A DNA stretch of 64,000 nt from Eledone cirrhosa. Lineage: Eukaryota. Positions 46,501-56,831 of the stretch are shown here, piece after piece. Where the stretch lies: positions 348,440,001 through 348,504,000 of the forward strand of contig OZ024741.1 in the NCBI GenBank assembly GCA_964016885.1. Reading direction: 5' to 3'. A model generated the notes under the pieces. That model worked only from the letters and a program-made list of their open reading frames with translations. It searched no databases and was not told the DNA's origin. How positions within the stretch are numbered: position 1 is the stretch's first letter; each line of letters opens with the position of its first letter. The translations under genes and the position numbers were made by a program.

Positions 46501-46942
46501 AGTAAACAATCTACCACATTCTGAGAAATGGTATGAGCATAGGCCAGAGGCGGTGATGGAGAACAGTCAGGTGAAGGTGCTGTGGGATTTTAGGATACAG
46601 ACGGACAAAAAACTGGAACACAATAGACCTGACCTGGTGGTTGTGGACAAAGAAAAAATATCGTGCCTGATTGTGGATGTGGCCTGCCCGTTCGACACGA
46701 GAGTGCAAGAGAAGGAGAGGGAGAAAATTAACCGATACCAGGACCTAAAGTGGGAGGTGAAAAGGATTTGGAACTGCCATGAAGTCAAAGTGATCCCGAT
46801 TGTCATAGGCGCACTGGGGACTATCTCCAAAGGTTTCCAGGGATGGTTAAAGAAAATCGGCCCCTTCACGCTTTTTGGAACGCTTCAAAAGGCATGCTTG
46901 CTTGGAACGGCAAGAACCCTCCGATACGTCCTGAATATCTGA
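43550..46942 (+). CDS. R4/Dong polyprotein: reverse transcriptase, CCHC zinc knuckle, restriction-like PD-(D/E)xK endonuclease (1130 aa, intact)
   Basis: KSPGPDG, NYRPITCL, IFQGDSLSP, LLFMDDLKL, CRICGEREETVAHIVSEC, RHD, RPDLVV..DVACP..KINRYQDL. Confidence 0.96.
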   Translation: MESRTSCDRLSPNRCPLAQQQEPDCQPNTADVGGRRRRKGARTNWTKELNRTVMQCYLKSNSKERGYRRRMHNIWNEIGLFKLDEQKLAGQARVIRTNGWISELELEELSRENGLEMAGVVCQTSEPAGNEGEEVLRTEEPPEADNDLNTEINNTWNRDTATEEMNADGLGQDSVDILNLVVDELNNDSGRPMNLRFVNRKKLKETTAKVNKVIPYLEARSLHQCNNILKATANTVRKLLGIKARGNNRQERAEPWWRKRLSGQIGEMRNDIGKLESLLNGTLKNIGTKNRLEIKYKTRSKKLNIIIEELKQRIVAKSAKIRRYENRVSQYKQNRMFDNNQKMLCGQLEGKERGNDLIPGAEQAKTFWRGIWEQDVRHNAQAGWIETVQREIGEQAQQQTDLSITVETLKGQAKKLTNWKSPGPDGVQGYWIKHLTSLHPKLTAMFNDCLVSGGVPEWLTKGTTVLIMKDRIKGNDVTNYRPITCLPVMWKLLTSIVSEEIYHHLHTNNLLPDEQKGCRKKSRGTKDQLLIDKMVMGNCRRRHTDLAMGWIDYRKAFDMVPHSWITKSLEIFRVADNIRQLLGRSMGSWETELTSTGVSLGSVKIKRGIFQGDSLSPLLFVLALMPLTIMLRKVRAGYKLGRGELTINHLLFMDDLKLFGKSEKELDVLVDTVRIFSSDICMQFGIGKCGVIVMRRGRLSRSNGIQIPTGEMIKEIDSEEGYKYLGVLEADGIKNKKMKELLRTEYIRRVRSVLKSHLNSRNAISAVNSRAVSIIRYSAGILRWNVAEQKEMDRKTRKLLTIYNMFHKRSDVDRLYLRRSEGGRGLISIEDCVQMEKNNLYKYVTYSKEPMLRAVLKEGTVGQGIPKEEITSRRKSSLKGKSLHSTFFEKTEFRDPQTWNWLRRGDLKKATEGMLMAAQEQALKTKWLKHHIYKEEASPLCRICGEREETVAHIVSECKHLAQTHYKGWRHDVMGWVIHWHLCKVNNLPHSEKWYEHRPEAVMENSQVKVLWDFRIQTDKKLEHNRPDLVVVDKEKISCLIVDVACPFDTRVQEKEREKINRYQDLKWEVKRIWNCHEVKVIPIVIGALGTISKGFQGWLKKIGPFTLFGTLQKACLLGTARTLRYVLNI

Positions 46943-47045
46943 GGCTGCAGGTAGTGGCTTGATATTCAATCCAACGGACTTTCCAGTTAACCAACATCAA
47001 TGACTGAGATTCAAGGAATAACAATAACAATAATAATAATAATTA

Positions 47046-48248
47046 TATATCTCCCTAGGAAAGAAGGAGGACGTGGGTCAATCCAGTTAGACATTGCGTT
47101 GAAAACTGCAACAATTGGATTATCTACATATCTAAGGGAATTACATGATTGGATGATCAAACTCGTTTTGAAACACGAAAGCATCAATAGATCATATTCC
47201 ATTACAAAAGATGCACAAAGATACAGTCATGGACTACAAATTTCAGAAGTCCCATTTACTGCTGAAATGGAAAACACAGAAAAAGCAAAGCAGGTAAAAG
47301 TAACTGCAAAGAAGGAACTGCTACAGAAACTGGCTAAGAAATGGCAAGAAAAGCCTATGTATGGAAAATACCCAGAGCGAGCTAACCATCCTGATGTTGA
47401 CAAAACTTTAACCCATCAGTGGTTGGCATCCTCTGGACTGAAATCGGAGACTGAAGGACTGATTTTATCAGCACAAGATCAGTGTCTGCCAACAAAAAAT
47501 TACCAAGCCAACATAATAAAAAAATGGATGCAACCCATTATGCCGTGTATGCAAAAAACAACCAGAGACCATTGACCATATAATTTCAATGTGCAGTCCT
47601 ATAGCTCCAACCGAATACCTAAACAGGCATGACAGAGCTGCACAATACATACATTGGATAATGTGTAAGCATTTTGACCTGCCCCATCAAAAGAATTGGT
47701 GGGAGCATCAACCACCTCCCATACTTGAAAAAGATCACATCTCAATCTTGTGTAACTTTAGCATCCAAACAGACCGAAAAATAGATGCAAATAGACCTGA
47801 TATAATATTGAAGGACTTTAAAAAGAGGGTATGCCTGCTAATTGATATGTCTGTTCCAATAGACAAGAATGTATCTATAAAAACATTTGAAAAATTGAGC
47901 AAGTATAAGGACCTGGAGATAGAAATTGGAAAAATGTAGAAATTGAGAATTAAAACAATACCAGTGGTTGTAGGCGCTCTGGGAATGATACCTAAGGGGT
48001 CTAATGATTACTTATCGCAAATCCCAGGAAACCCGCGTATAGGAGAAATACAAAAGATAGTACTAATGGGAACTGCCCATATACTAAGGAAGATTCTGTC
48101 AATATAAGTACATCACAAGTCTAAACACTAAATATGCATGTGTGAGTATGTATGTTCTTTCTTGAACATGGCGGACCTTGTCTCTTGAGGTCACTGGTTG
48201 TGACTTGGTGATAACTCGTATGAACATAAAGCAAGATAAATGCAACTG
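47046..48248 (+). mobile_element. 5'-truncated, mutated R4-clade LINE of a second family
   Basis: YLPRKEGGRG, ETEGLILSAQDQ, RHDRAA, NRPDIIL..IDMSVP..KYKDL, AHILRKILSI* (48107). Frameshift at ~47520 and premature stop at 47939. Ends in (TAA)n. Confidence 0.9.
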
Positions 48249-48556
48249 TAATAATAATAATAATAATAATATTAATATTAATAATAATAATAATGATTTC
48301 TTTATTAACCACAAGGGTTTACATAAAGTAGACATTAAGGACAGTGCAGGACAATGCAGGACGGTACAAATGGGCATTTCTGCGTGTAAAAAAACAAAAA
48401 CAGAGGATGTAACAAAAATAACAATGAGAATAACAATGAAAAATTCCCCAATAGGGGGGAGACTTCGGAGGGACATTTGTGGAGAAAGCCCAGTAAAAAG
48501 CCACAATGACCCTGACCACCAAGGCAAGTGCCCTCTCCCAGTTTTCCACCTTTAGT

Positions 48557-51500
48557 TTACAGATATATACTCAGAGTCGGCCCATTCACTCGGGCCATTC
48601 TTGCTTCTCTCACCCATCTTTCAACAAAATGCTGGGAAGAGAGCACTTCCTTCTCTACTCTGATTTTCCTTTTCAAATGAAATTTGAAAAAGTCAATCAG
48701 AGCATCACCGAAGAGGTAAGTGCTCGTCTTCAGCCCTTTCAAACGTGTCCACCATACTATCTCTTTCGCCATGGCCACCAGACAGATAAAAACTGCCTGC
48801 CCTTCCCGGCTAAAGGAGGAGGGCGGGGCAATCCTCACGATAGACTCAGATGATAGCTGGATCCGTCCTAAACGCGACAGCAGGTGTTCGACATAAACCC
48901 ACAAGTCAGCAATTTTCGGACACTGGACGAGTGCGTGCAGGACGGTTTCGTCGCCCTGCGCGCATCTCGGACATGCCCGGCTGACGGCACCTCCATGCCT
49001 GTAGAGTTTATCCCGAACTGGCAAGGCTCCTCGGTAGCACTGCCAGGCCAGAGATTTCTGGAAGTTGTCCATAGGCCCTGGCCCGAAAGTTCTTCCGAAG
49101 AGATTGGCTAGTTGATTTTCGTCGACGCCTAGAGTTTCCCCAAGTACGTCGTCGCTCTTCCCCTCCACTAATCCTCTATAGAACGCCGAGGTGGAGTTTC
49201 CACCGATCACATTGCCCGATTGGTCGAGGGCTGTGAGCGCCTGAAGACATTCCAGTCTCCAGGCGCTCCCTCTCGGTCTTCGCTTGACCCAGGACTGCAG
49301 CTCCGTCAAGGAAACGAGCTGGGGAAAAACGCGTCTAGCAAACGGCGACCACACCTGATCACCGTCGAGGAAGAGGTGGAGATGTCGTAGCCTGAGCGCG
49401 TGCCTGCGCATCATCAGCCACGGCATGCCCAGCCCTCCACGTAGCGGGTGTTGACAACAGATGGACCGCCTGACCATCGGAGCACGTCCCTTCCACAAAA
49501 AGCGAAAGAGCAAACGCTCCAGCGCAGTCAGGCGAGGCTTAGGACAAGGTACGACGGTTAGGCGGTAGCAGATGACAGACGCGATGTACGCGTTAGCCAC
49601 CTCCGCTCGACCTTTCAGGGATAGCTTCCTCTCCGCCCATTTCTGGGTGAGAGAAGCCACCCTGCTCGTCACCTCGTCCCAGTTTTTGTCCGTCTGGAGG
49701 TCCGGACCGAACCAGACCCCTAGCAATTTAACCGGTCCGTCCGTCCAGCGCCCGACGCCGCTGTTGGACGGCATGGACCTGCCTCTCCAGGTGCCGAGCT
49801 GCAGGCCCACTGACTTTTCCTGGTTGATCATTGCTCCTGTCACCGCTTCGTATTCTCTTAGTGTAGTGCCGATCGCCTCGATGTGTTTGGCGTTCGACAC
49901 CACTACGGTGACATCGTCCGCATATGCTGACACTGATCTTCCGCATCCTAGTTCGCGCGGGACTCCCCTCAACGTCTCCAGTTTGTGCAGTAATGGCTCG
50001 AGAGTCAATACGTACAAGAGGGACGAGAGGGGACATCCTTGGCGGACCGAGCGCATGATGTTGAACGGTTCCGACAGGTGACCGTTCACTCTCACCACAG
50101 AGCAGATGTCGCTGTGCATGGCAGCGATCCAGCCTCTGAAGACGGGCCCAAAGCCAGCCGCCCTCAGGACTGCCGCTAGGTAACGATGGTCGACCCTATC
50201 GAAAGCTTTCGACTGATCTAAATTGATCAAGGACCCACCCGTGCCAGGTTCCCTAGCTACCCTCTCTACGATGTATCGCATGAGGTGGAGGTTGTCGTGG
50301 ATGGATCTGTCGGGAATGGCGCATGTCTGCGCCTCTCCCACCAGACCACCAACGACAAGCGCCAACCTCTTTGCTAGCACCTTGGCCAAAATCTTGAACT
50401 CTGTGTTTAGCAGAGTTATGGGCCGGAAATTGTCTATGTTATCCCCCTTGTTCGGATCCTTTCTCAGCAGTGCCACCGCTCCTCGGCTCACAGAACTGGG
50501 AATTCTCCCGTTCTGTTGCCAGTTGCAGTAGACGTCCGCCAAGAGGCCTCCGAACAAGTCTGGCATCTGTACGTAAAGTTCATAGGGCAGACCATCCAAA
50601 CCAGGCGATTTACCCCTTGTGCAGCCAGTCATTGCCTCCCTTACTTCAGCGGCTGTTATCGGCTTTTCGCAACACTTCGCCTCAGTGGCCGAGAGCCGCG
50701 GCAGTCCGTCGAGGTAGACACTAAAGTCCATCCCTCTACCCGGCCCCCCGCTGCCCCCGAACAGCTGAGCGAAGTGTCGCTGAAAAGCTTCACACATTTG
50801 CCCGGGATCGAGTAGCATGCGCCCGTCGTGGTCCACCAAAGACCGGATCGTGGCTTTGTTGCCACGACGCGCCTCCGCCACTCGGGCCCATTGAACGGCT
50901 TTCGTCCCCTCGTGTCTGAGAGCACGCACCCTAGCTCTGACAACGCAGCCTTCGTGCTTTGCATTGAAGAATTGGTCAAGGGCCAATTTCGCCGCAAGCA
51001 CGTCGGTCGCAATGCCTTTGCTAAGCGCCTCGTCTAATTTTCTAACTAGTTCTCCCTCTGCTCTATTTTTCTCTATTGCTAAAGCCTTACTAAACCTAAT
51101 CGATTCTATTCTAATCGCTCTTTTCAGAGCAAACCACCACTTGTTGTTGACGATGGCCCCCGTCAACGCCCGCTTAACTAGTTCGCTAATCCGGTCTCTG
51201 TAGGCCTTGCGCGCTGGTAAGGACGCGTTTAGCTTCCAGTAGACGGGTCCTCGTCTATGAAGCCTATCTAAGTCAAGCACACAGGTCACGAATTTGTGGT
51301 CCGTGTAGCTGACTATCTTGAATTGTGGACAGCCTATGCTAGACCTATCTATTTCCCTACAAAATACTCTATCTAGATATGATCTGGATGACCCTATGCG
51401 GTTTGTCCAAGTCCACATTGGCACATTCGGGAAATCCAATCGGTACCTGTCAGACAGTTCAAAACGCCTGAGCAGGTTGGTGAGGCTCTTGCACCCTCCA

Positions 51501-51976
51501 CCCCTATCCGCTAATCCCACACAGTCCCAGCGTGCATCTAAGATCCCGTTCCAGTCGCCCACTAACACTAAAGAGCGGGACGTTCCAAGAAAGGTCTCCA
51601 GACGCCGGAAGAAATCAGGCCGCCCTGCTCCTGTCGGGGCATAGACGGCCACTAGCCTGAAAGCTTGCCCGTCTCCGCTGGTCACGTCCAGCACCACCAG
51701 CTTACCCTCTGGGTCCAGGAAGATGGCCCGTATGGCGAGATCCAAACCTCTCCGAAAAAGCACAGCAACTCCTCCACCCGATCCAGGACGGCTGGGAGAT
51801 GCATACACATCGTAGCCGCCGAAGATTGGTGCGAAGGCCCGTGCTTCGGAGATTCTGGTCTCGCTGATGGCCACTACATCTATGTTTAGTGACCTGAGGT
51901 CGTTGAGCAGGTGACCCTGCTTCCATGACGACCCCAAGCCACGCGCATTTATGCTGCCTATTCTGAGTGAGGTCAT
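48557..51976 (-). CDS. ORF2: apurinic-like endonuclease, reverse transcriptase, C-terminal zinc finger (1139 aa)
   Basis: SINARGL, SET, GDWN, SYLDR, TDH (APE); KSPGLDG, NFRPITLL, RQGCPLS, YADD (RT); CPRC...H...C. Confidence 0.96.
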   Translation of the reverse strand: MTSLRIGSINARGLGSSWKQGHLLNDLRSLNIDVVAISETRISEARAFAPIFGGYDVYASPSRPGSGGGVAVLFRRGLDLAIRAIFLDPEGKLVVLDVTSGDGQAFRLVAVYAPTGAGRPDFFRRLETFLGTSRSLVLVGDWNGILDARWDCVGLADRGGGCKSLTNLLRRFELSDRYRLDFPNVPMWTWTNRIGSSRSYLDRVFCREIDRSSIGCPQFKIVSYTDHKFVTCVLDLDRLHRRGPVYWKLNASLPARKAYRDRISELVKRALTGAIVNNKWWFALKRAIRIESIRFSKALAIEKNRAEGELVRKLDEALSKGIATDVLAAKLALDQFFNAKHEGCVVRARVRALRHEGTKAVQWARVAEARRGNKATIRSLVDHDGRMLLDPGQMCEAFQRHFAQLFGGSGGPGRGMDFSVYLDGLPRLSATEAKCCEKPITAAEVREAMTGCTRGKSPGLDGLPYELYVQMPDLFGGLLADVYCNWQQNGRIPSSVSRGAVALLRKDPNKGDNIDNFRPITLLNTEFKILAKVLAKRLALVVGGLVGEAQTCAIPDRSIHDNLHLMRYIVERVAREPGTGGSLINLDQSKAFDRVDHRYLAAVLRAAGFGPVFRGWIAAMHSDICSVVRVNGHLSEPFNIMRSVRQGCPLSSLLYVLTLEPLLHKLETLRGVPRELGCGRSVSAYADDVTVVVSNAKHIEAIGTTLREYEAVTGAMINQEKSVGLQLGTWRGRSMPSNSGVGRWTDGPVKLLGVWFGPDLQTDKNWDEVTSRVASLTQKWAERKLSLKGRAEVANAYIASVICYRLTVVPCPKPRLTALERLLFRFLWKGRAPMVRRSICCQHPLRGGLGMPWLMMRRHALRLRHLHLFLDGDQVWSPFARRVFPQLVSLTELQSWVKRRPRGSAWRLECLQALTALDQSGNVIGGNSTSAFYRGLVEGKSDDVLGETLGVDENQLANLFGRTFGPGPMDNFQKSLAWQCYRGALPVRDKLYRHGGAVSRACPRCAQGDETVLHALVQCPKIADLWVYVEHLLSRLGRIQLSSESIVRIAPPSSFSREGQAVFICLVAMAKEIVWWTRLKGLKTSTYLFGDALIDFFKFHLKRKIRVEKEVLSSQHFVERWVREARMARVNGPTLSIYL

Positions 51977-52010
51977 GTTTAAATAGAGTGGAAAAGATGG
52001 GAAAGACCAC

Positions 52011-54107
52011 TTACCGTACTTTTGGTAGAGGAGGGATGGTTTTTACATCCCTTTTCACTTGATCGTCTGGTGAAGGGACCGTTGAATCGTCCCTTCGGCT
52101 GGTCGTCGGCTCTTCTAAGAGAATGTCTGAATATACTCTTCGATTGATGGTTCCTCCTAGGTCCCTGAAATCACCAACTGCGTTGGGGAATTTCGTTTTA
52201 ATGTTTGTGTATTGTTTCTGTGCTATTTTTAGCAGTCTTATGTTAGTTGGCGTTTTGATTGGTGCTGGTATTATGTAGTCCTGTTGTGAAATGTCTGTGT
52301 GTTCAATTATGTAAGTCATTAGTTTCTTGTTGTGTGTGTTTATTGCCGTGCATTTGTTTTTCTGGGGGTGGGGTGTGGTTCTGCTATTTTCTTGTCGTTG
52401 TTGCTGGGTGTGTGTGTTTTGTTGTTGTGTTTGCGATGTTGGTGCTTGTGGTGGTGGTGTTGAAGGTGTTGTTGGCGGTGGGGTTGTCGCCGGTGGTGAT
52501 GGTGGTGCTGGTGTGGGTGGTGATGGTGTTGGTGGTGTTGCTGCTGTGGGTCTCTTTGCAGTAGACTTTACCCTTTTCTCATTTCTTTCCTCCCTTTTCA
52601 AAGGCGACGATGCGCTGCTTCTGCGTTTGTGCCTTCTTGCGACCTTTTGCCATCCCTCTCCCACCTCACACTCCATGTCTGATTCTGTAAGGTCGGGGAG
52701 GGGTACCAGCTCCACTCTTTCACTTGTTGTTGTTGGTGATGTTTGCACTGGAGTCTCTGTTGCAGCTGCATTTGGTATTGCTGTTGTTGTTGTTAATATT
52801 TCCACTGCTGCTGCTGTCTTTGATTTCCGTGGAGTGGGTATGGGTGCCACGGACCTATCGTTCCTGGTTGCCGCTTGTCCTGTTGCTGGTAGCCGTGGAG
52901 CCGGATTCGGAAGGAGGGGGGTTTTCTCCTTTCTCAGGGTCTTCTCGTTGCAGAAGGCCCTGAGGTGAGTCTTCGATCCACAGCGAAAGCATTTCGGGCG
53001 TTTGCCCTCAACACTTATGGGCAGTTGAGTGCCGTTATCGAAGTCTATCTCATCCGGGATAGCTTCGATGCACTCCTGGTTGGTTTGGATTAGCATCTCA
53101 ATGGAGGAGCCGACCCAATCTTCTCTTACTTTTTTCTTTACTTGCAGTACAGTTGTTTTGTCCTCGATTCCGACGAGGACAGACGCGGCCAGCCAAGAAG
53201 GGGTCATTCCGGGGGGGACGTGGGTCAGTTTGACCCTCACAATTTTTTGCCCGCAGTAGGAGGGCACCAACACCATTTCCTCGCTCCTTAGAGTCACTAC
53301 TGATTGGGCCTTTGCCTCCTGGGGTGTGGCAAAAAGTACGTCTACGGTGGCGTATTTTTTGCCTCGGGTGATGTGCGTTTTCCTCTGCCACACAGACCCC
53401 AAGGCTTTTTGTATTTGGGCCTCTGTGGCTCTTTCCACCCTACGGGATTTTGTACTTACTGTACGGTACGTGACCGTACAGTGCTCTTGGGTTTCGAAAA
53501 AATTTTTCGCTGCCCTGCAGATTGCTCGGTGTCCGTTCTTTGTCACCATCTTCTTCGCTTCCTCTAATTCCTCATTTGTTATGAGGATTGTTTCCAAGTT
53601 TTTCGCAATACCTGCAAATGAGATTGGTTTTTCTCTGCTGTTGTTGTTGTCGTCAGAGCTGCTGGTACTTTTGTTGTTGCTGCAGGTACTACGACTACTG
53701 CCTCCGCCGCTGTTGCTGTGGTTGTTGTTGGTGTTGCTGCTGCTAATGCTGTTGTTGTTTATGCTGCTGGTGATGCTGTTGCGGCTGCTACTGTTGTTTT
53801 CATTGTCACTGTTGCTGTTGTTATTACGGCTGCTACTGCTATTATTCCTGACGTCAGACGAATGAACTGGGTTTTCGTATTTCCCGCACACCTGTTTCGT
53901 CGCTGTCGTCGTCGTCGTGGAGAAACCTTGCACGCTTTGCACGAGACTTTTCTTTTCTTTCGTCGCTTGCGAAAGAGAAGGGAGGGAGAGAGACACATTT
54001 AAAGAAGGGAGGGAGAGAGACAATCTTCTCTCTGCTGTAGTGATGATTGAGGAAGAAGAAGACGGAATGAGTGGGAGTGACGTATGAAATTTCTTTTTGG
54101 TAGCCAT
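52011..54107 (-). CDS. ORF1: gag-like nucleic-acid-binding protein with a CCHC zinc knuckle
   Basis: First ATG at 54107. CFRCGSKTHLRAFC, N/S-rich N-terminal and P/T-rich C-terminal tracts. Ends 34 nt before ORF2. Confidence 0.88.
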   Translation of the reverse strand: MATKKKFHTSLPLIPSSSSSIITTAERRLSLSLPSLNVSLSLPSLSQATKEKKSLVQSVQGFSTTTTTATKQVCGKYENPVHSSDVRNNSSSSRNNNSNSDNENNSSSRNSITSSINNNSISSSNTNNNHSNSGGGSSRSTCSNNKSTSSSDDNNNSREKPISFAGIAKNLETILITNEELEEAKKMVTKNGHRAICRAAKNFFETQEHCTVTYRTVSTKSRRVERATEAQIQKALGSVWQRKTHITRGKKYATVDVLFATPQEAKAQSVVTLRSEEMVLVPSYCGQKIVRVKLTHVPPGMTPSWLAASVLVGIEDKTTVLQVKKKVREDWVGSSIEMLIQTNQECIEAIPDEIDFDNGTQLPISVEGKRPKCFRCGSKTHLRAFCNEKTLRKEKTPLLPNPAPRLPATGQAATRNDRSVAPIPTPRKSKTAAAVEILTTTTAIPNAAATETPVQTSPTTTSERVELVPLPDLTESDMECEVGEGWQKVARRHKRRSSASSPLKREERNEKRVKSTAKRPTAATPPTPSPPTPAPPSPPATTPPPTTPSTPPPQAPTSQTQQQNTHTQQQRQENSRTTPHPQKNKCTAINTHNKKLMTYIIEHTDISQQDYIIPAPIKTPTNIRLLKIAQKQYTNIKTKFPNAVGDFRDLGGTINRRVYSDILLEEPTTSRRDDSTVPSPDDQVKRDVKTIPPLPKVR

Positions 54108-54320
54108 GTTTTTTTGTTTAAAATGAAATTTTGGGTACAAAACCCCAATAACTGGTTATTTAACCCCGAAGGGCCAAATAACGGACAGAAAGACCCCTCT
54201 CACGAGGAGGAGGGTGTCTTTATCAACAATTTGGTTCAAGTTTTAAACAATTTACAATTGTTTTAACGGTTAAAAATTACTATACCTTACAGAGCCGAGC
54301 CTCCGTCAACCATGGCATTC

Positions 54321-54350
<30 letters not shown>

Positions 54351-54351
<1 letters not shown>

Positions 54352-55328
54352 TTTTCTTTATTAACCACAAGGGTTTACATTAAGTAGACATTAAGGACAG
54401 TACAGGACAATACAGGACGGTACAAAAGGGCATTTCTGCGTGTAAAAAAAACAGAGGTTGAAATAAAATAACAAAGAAAAATTCTCCAATAGGGGGGAGA
54501 CTTCCGAGGGACATTTGTGGAGAAAGCCCATTAAAAGACCACAGTGGCCCTGACCACCAGGGCAAGTGCCCTCTCCCAGTTTTCCACCTTTAATTTACAG
54601 ACATATACTCAGAGAAGGCCCATTCATTCGGGCCATACTTGCTTCTCTCACCCATCTTTCAACAAAATGCTGGGAAGAGAGCACTTCCCTCTCTACCCTG
54701 ATTTTCCTTTTCAAATGAAATTTGAAAATGTTAATCAGGGCATCACCGAAGATTTAAGTGCTCGTCTTCAGCCCTTTCAAACGTGTCCACCATACTATCT
54801 CTTTCGCCATGGCCACCATACACATAAAAACTGCCTGCCTTTCTCGGCTAAAGGAAGGGGGCGGGGCAATCCTCACGATGAACTCAGCTGATAGCTGGAT
54901 CCGTCCTACACGTGACAGCAGGTGTTCAACATAAACCCACAAGTCAGCAATGCTCGGACACTGGACGAGTGCGTGCAGGACGGTTTCGTCGCCCTGCGCG
55001 CATCTCGGACATGCCCGGCTGACGGCACCTCCATGCCTGTAGAGTTTATCCCGAACTGGCAAAGCTCCTCGGTAGCACTGCCAGGCCAGGGATTTCTGGA
55101 AGTTGTCCATAGGCCCCGGCCCGAAAGTCCTTCCGAAGAGATTGGCTAGTTGATTTTCGTCGACGCCTAGAGTTTCTCCAAGTACGTCGTCGCTCTTCCC
55201 CTCCACTAATCCCCTATAGAACGCCAAGGTGGAGTTTCCACCGATCACATTGCCCGATTGGTCGAGGGCTGTGAGCGCCTGAAGACATTCCAGTCTCCAA
55301 GCGCTCCCTCTCGGTCTTCGCTTGACCC

Positions 55329-55329
<1 letters not shown>
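54351..55329 (-). mobile_element. 5'-truncated second copy of the Tx1-like LINE
   Basis: Collinear with 48295-49291 with scattered substitutions. (AAT)n on both sides (54321-54350, 55330-55400). Confidence 0.93.
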
Positions 55330-55392
<63 letters not shown>

Positions 55393-55400
55393 TAATAATA

Positions 55401-56809
55401 AGGCAAACGAGCCAGTGGGAAATGAAGGTGAAGAGGTTGAGAGAACGGAGGAACCATCCGAAGCAGACAATAATCTGAATGCTGAAATAAATAATACCTG
55501 GAACAAAGATACGGCCATTGACGAAATGAATGCTGACGGGCGAGGACAAAATCTGGTTGATATCCTAAATTTAGTGGTAGATAAAATGAACAATGATAGT
55601 GGGAAACCTATGAATCTAAGATTTGTAGACAGGAAAAAGTTAAAAGAAACAACAGCTAAGGTAAACAAAGTGATCCCATACTTTGAGGCGAGGAGCCTTC
55701 ACTAGTGCAACAATATCCTCAAAGCAACAGTAAATGCGGTGAGGAAATTTCTTGGCATAAAAGCGAGAGGAAACAACAAACCAGAAAGATTAGAACCTTG
55801 GTGGAAGAAACGACTGAATGGTCAAATCAGGGAAATAAGAAATGTCATTGGAAAGCTTGAGTTCCTACTGAATGGTACACTAAAAAACATAGACACTAAA
55901 AATAGACTGGAAATAAAGTACAAAACTTGGAGGAAAAAGCTAATTATTATCATAGAGGAACTGAAGCAACCCATTGTAGCAAAGAGTGCAAAAATTAGGC
56001 GATGCGAGAGCAGAGTCAGTCAGTATAGACAGAACCGCATGTTTCACAACAACCAGATGATGTTGTTTGGACAGCTTGAAGGGAAAGAAAGAGGCAACGA
56101 CTTGATCCCTGAGGCGGAACAAACTAAGACATTCTGCAAGCCCTGAAAACGAAGTGGCTGAAACACCACATTTACAAGGAGGAGGCTAGCCCACTGTGCA
56201 GGATCTGTGGAGAGAGAGAGGAGACTGTGGCTCACATTGTATCCGAGTGTAAACACCTAGCCCAGACTCACTATAAAGGCTGGAGACATGATGCAAAGTA
56301 AACAATTTACCACATTCTGAGAAGTGGTATGAGCATAAGCCAGAGTCGGAGATAGAAAACGATCAGGTGAAGGTGCTGTGGGATTTTAGGATACAGACGC
56401 ACAAGAAACTGGAACACAATATACCTGACCTGGTGGTTTTGGACAAGGAAAAATATCGTGCCTGATTGTGGATGTGGCCTGCCCATTCGACACGAGAGTG
56501 CAAGAGAAGGAGAGGGAGAAAATTAACCGATACCAGGACAAAGTGGGAGGTAAAAAGGATTTGGAACTGCCATGAAGTCAAAGAGGTCCCGATTGTCATA
56601 GGCGCACTAGGTACTATCTCAAAGAGTTTCCAGGGATGGTTAAAGAAAATTGGCCCCGCCCCGCTTTTTGGAACACTTCAAATGGCAGGCTTGCTGGGAA
56701 CAGCAAGAATCCTCCGATACGTCCTGAATAACTGAGGCTGCAGGTAGTGGCTTGATATTCATTTCAACAAACTTTCCAGTTAACCAACATCAATGACTGA
56801 GACTCAAAG
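55401..56809 (+). mobile_element. 5'-truncated, internally deleted R4/Dong copy lacking the RT
   Basis: Matches ~43918-44652, then jumps at 56136/56137 to ~46310 and continues to the 3' end and (AAT)n tail. In-frame stops are present. Confidence 0.9.
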
Positions 56810-56831
56810 AACAATAATAATAATAATAATA

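Larger units (their letters stand above)
42172..47016 (+). mobile_element. Apparently full-length R4/Dong-clade non-LTR retrotransposon
   Basis: Bounded by (AAT)n on both sides, with a single long ORF. The ~1.4 kb upstream segment is assumed to be 5' UTR. Confidence 0.88.
48295..54320 (-). mobile_element. Full-length Tx1/L1-clade non-LTR retrotransposon inserted in (AAT)n
   Basis: Two intact ORFs. The sense 3' end is cccttgtggttaataaagaaatc(att)n and the 5' end abuts (att)n. Confidence 0.92.

Noticed and set aside
47000-47575. 191-aa ORF starting in the Dong 3' UTR
   Set aside because: Chance in-frame fusion across the tail into a truncated, frameshifted second element.
48099-53998. Numerous antisense or alternative-frame ORFs inside the Tx1 element
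   Set aside because: Shadow ORFs of GC-rich coding sequence with no recognisable motifs.
54754-55705. 304-aa (-) and 127-aa (+) chimeric ORFs with poly-Leu or poly-Asn
   Set aside because: Accidental read-through of the (AAT)n junction between Dong and Tx1 fragments.
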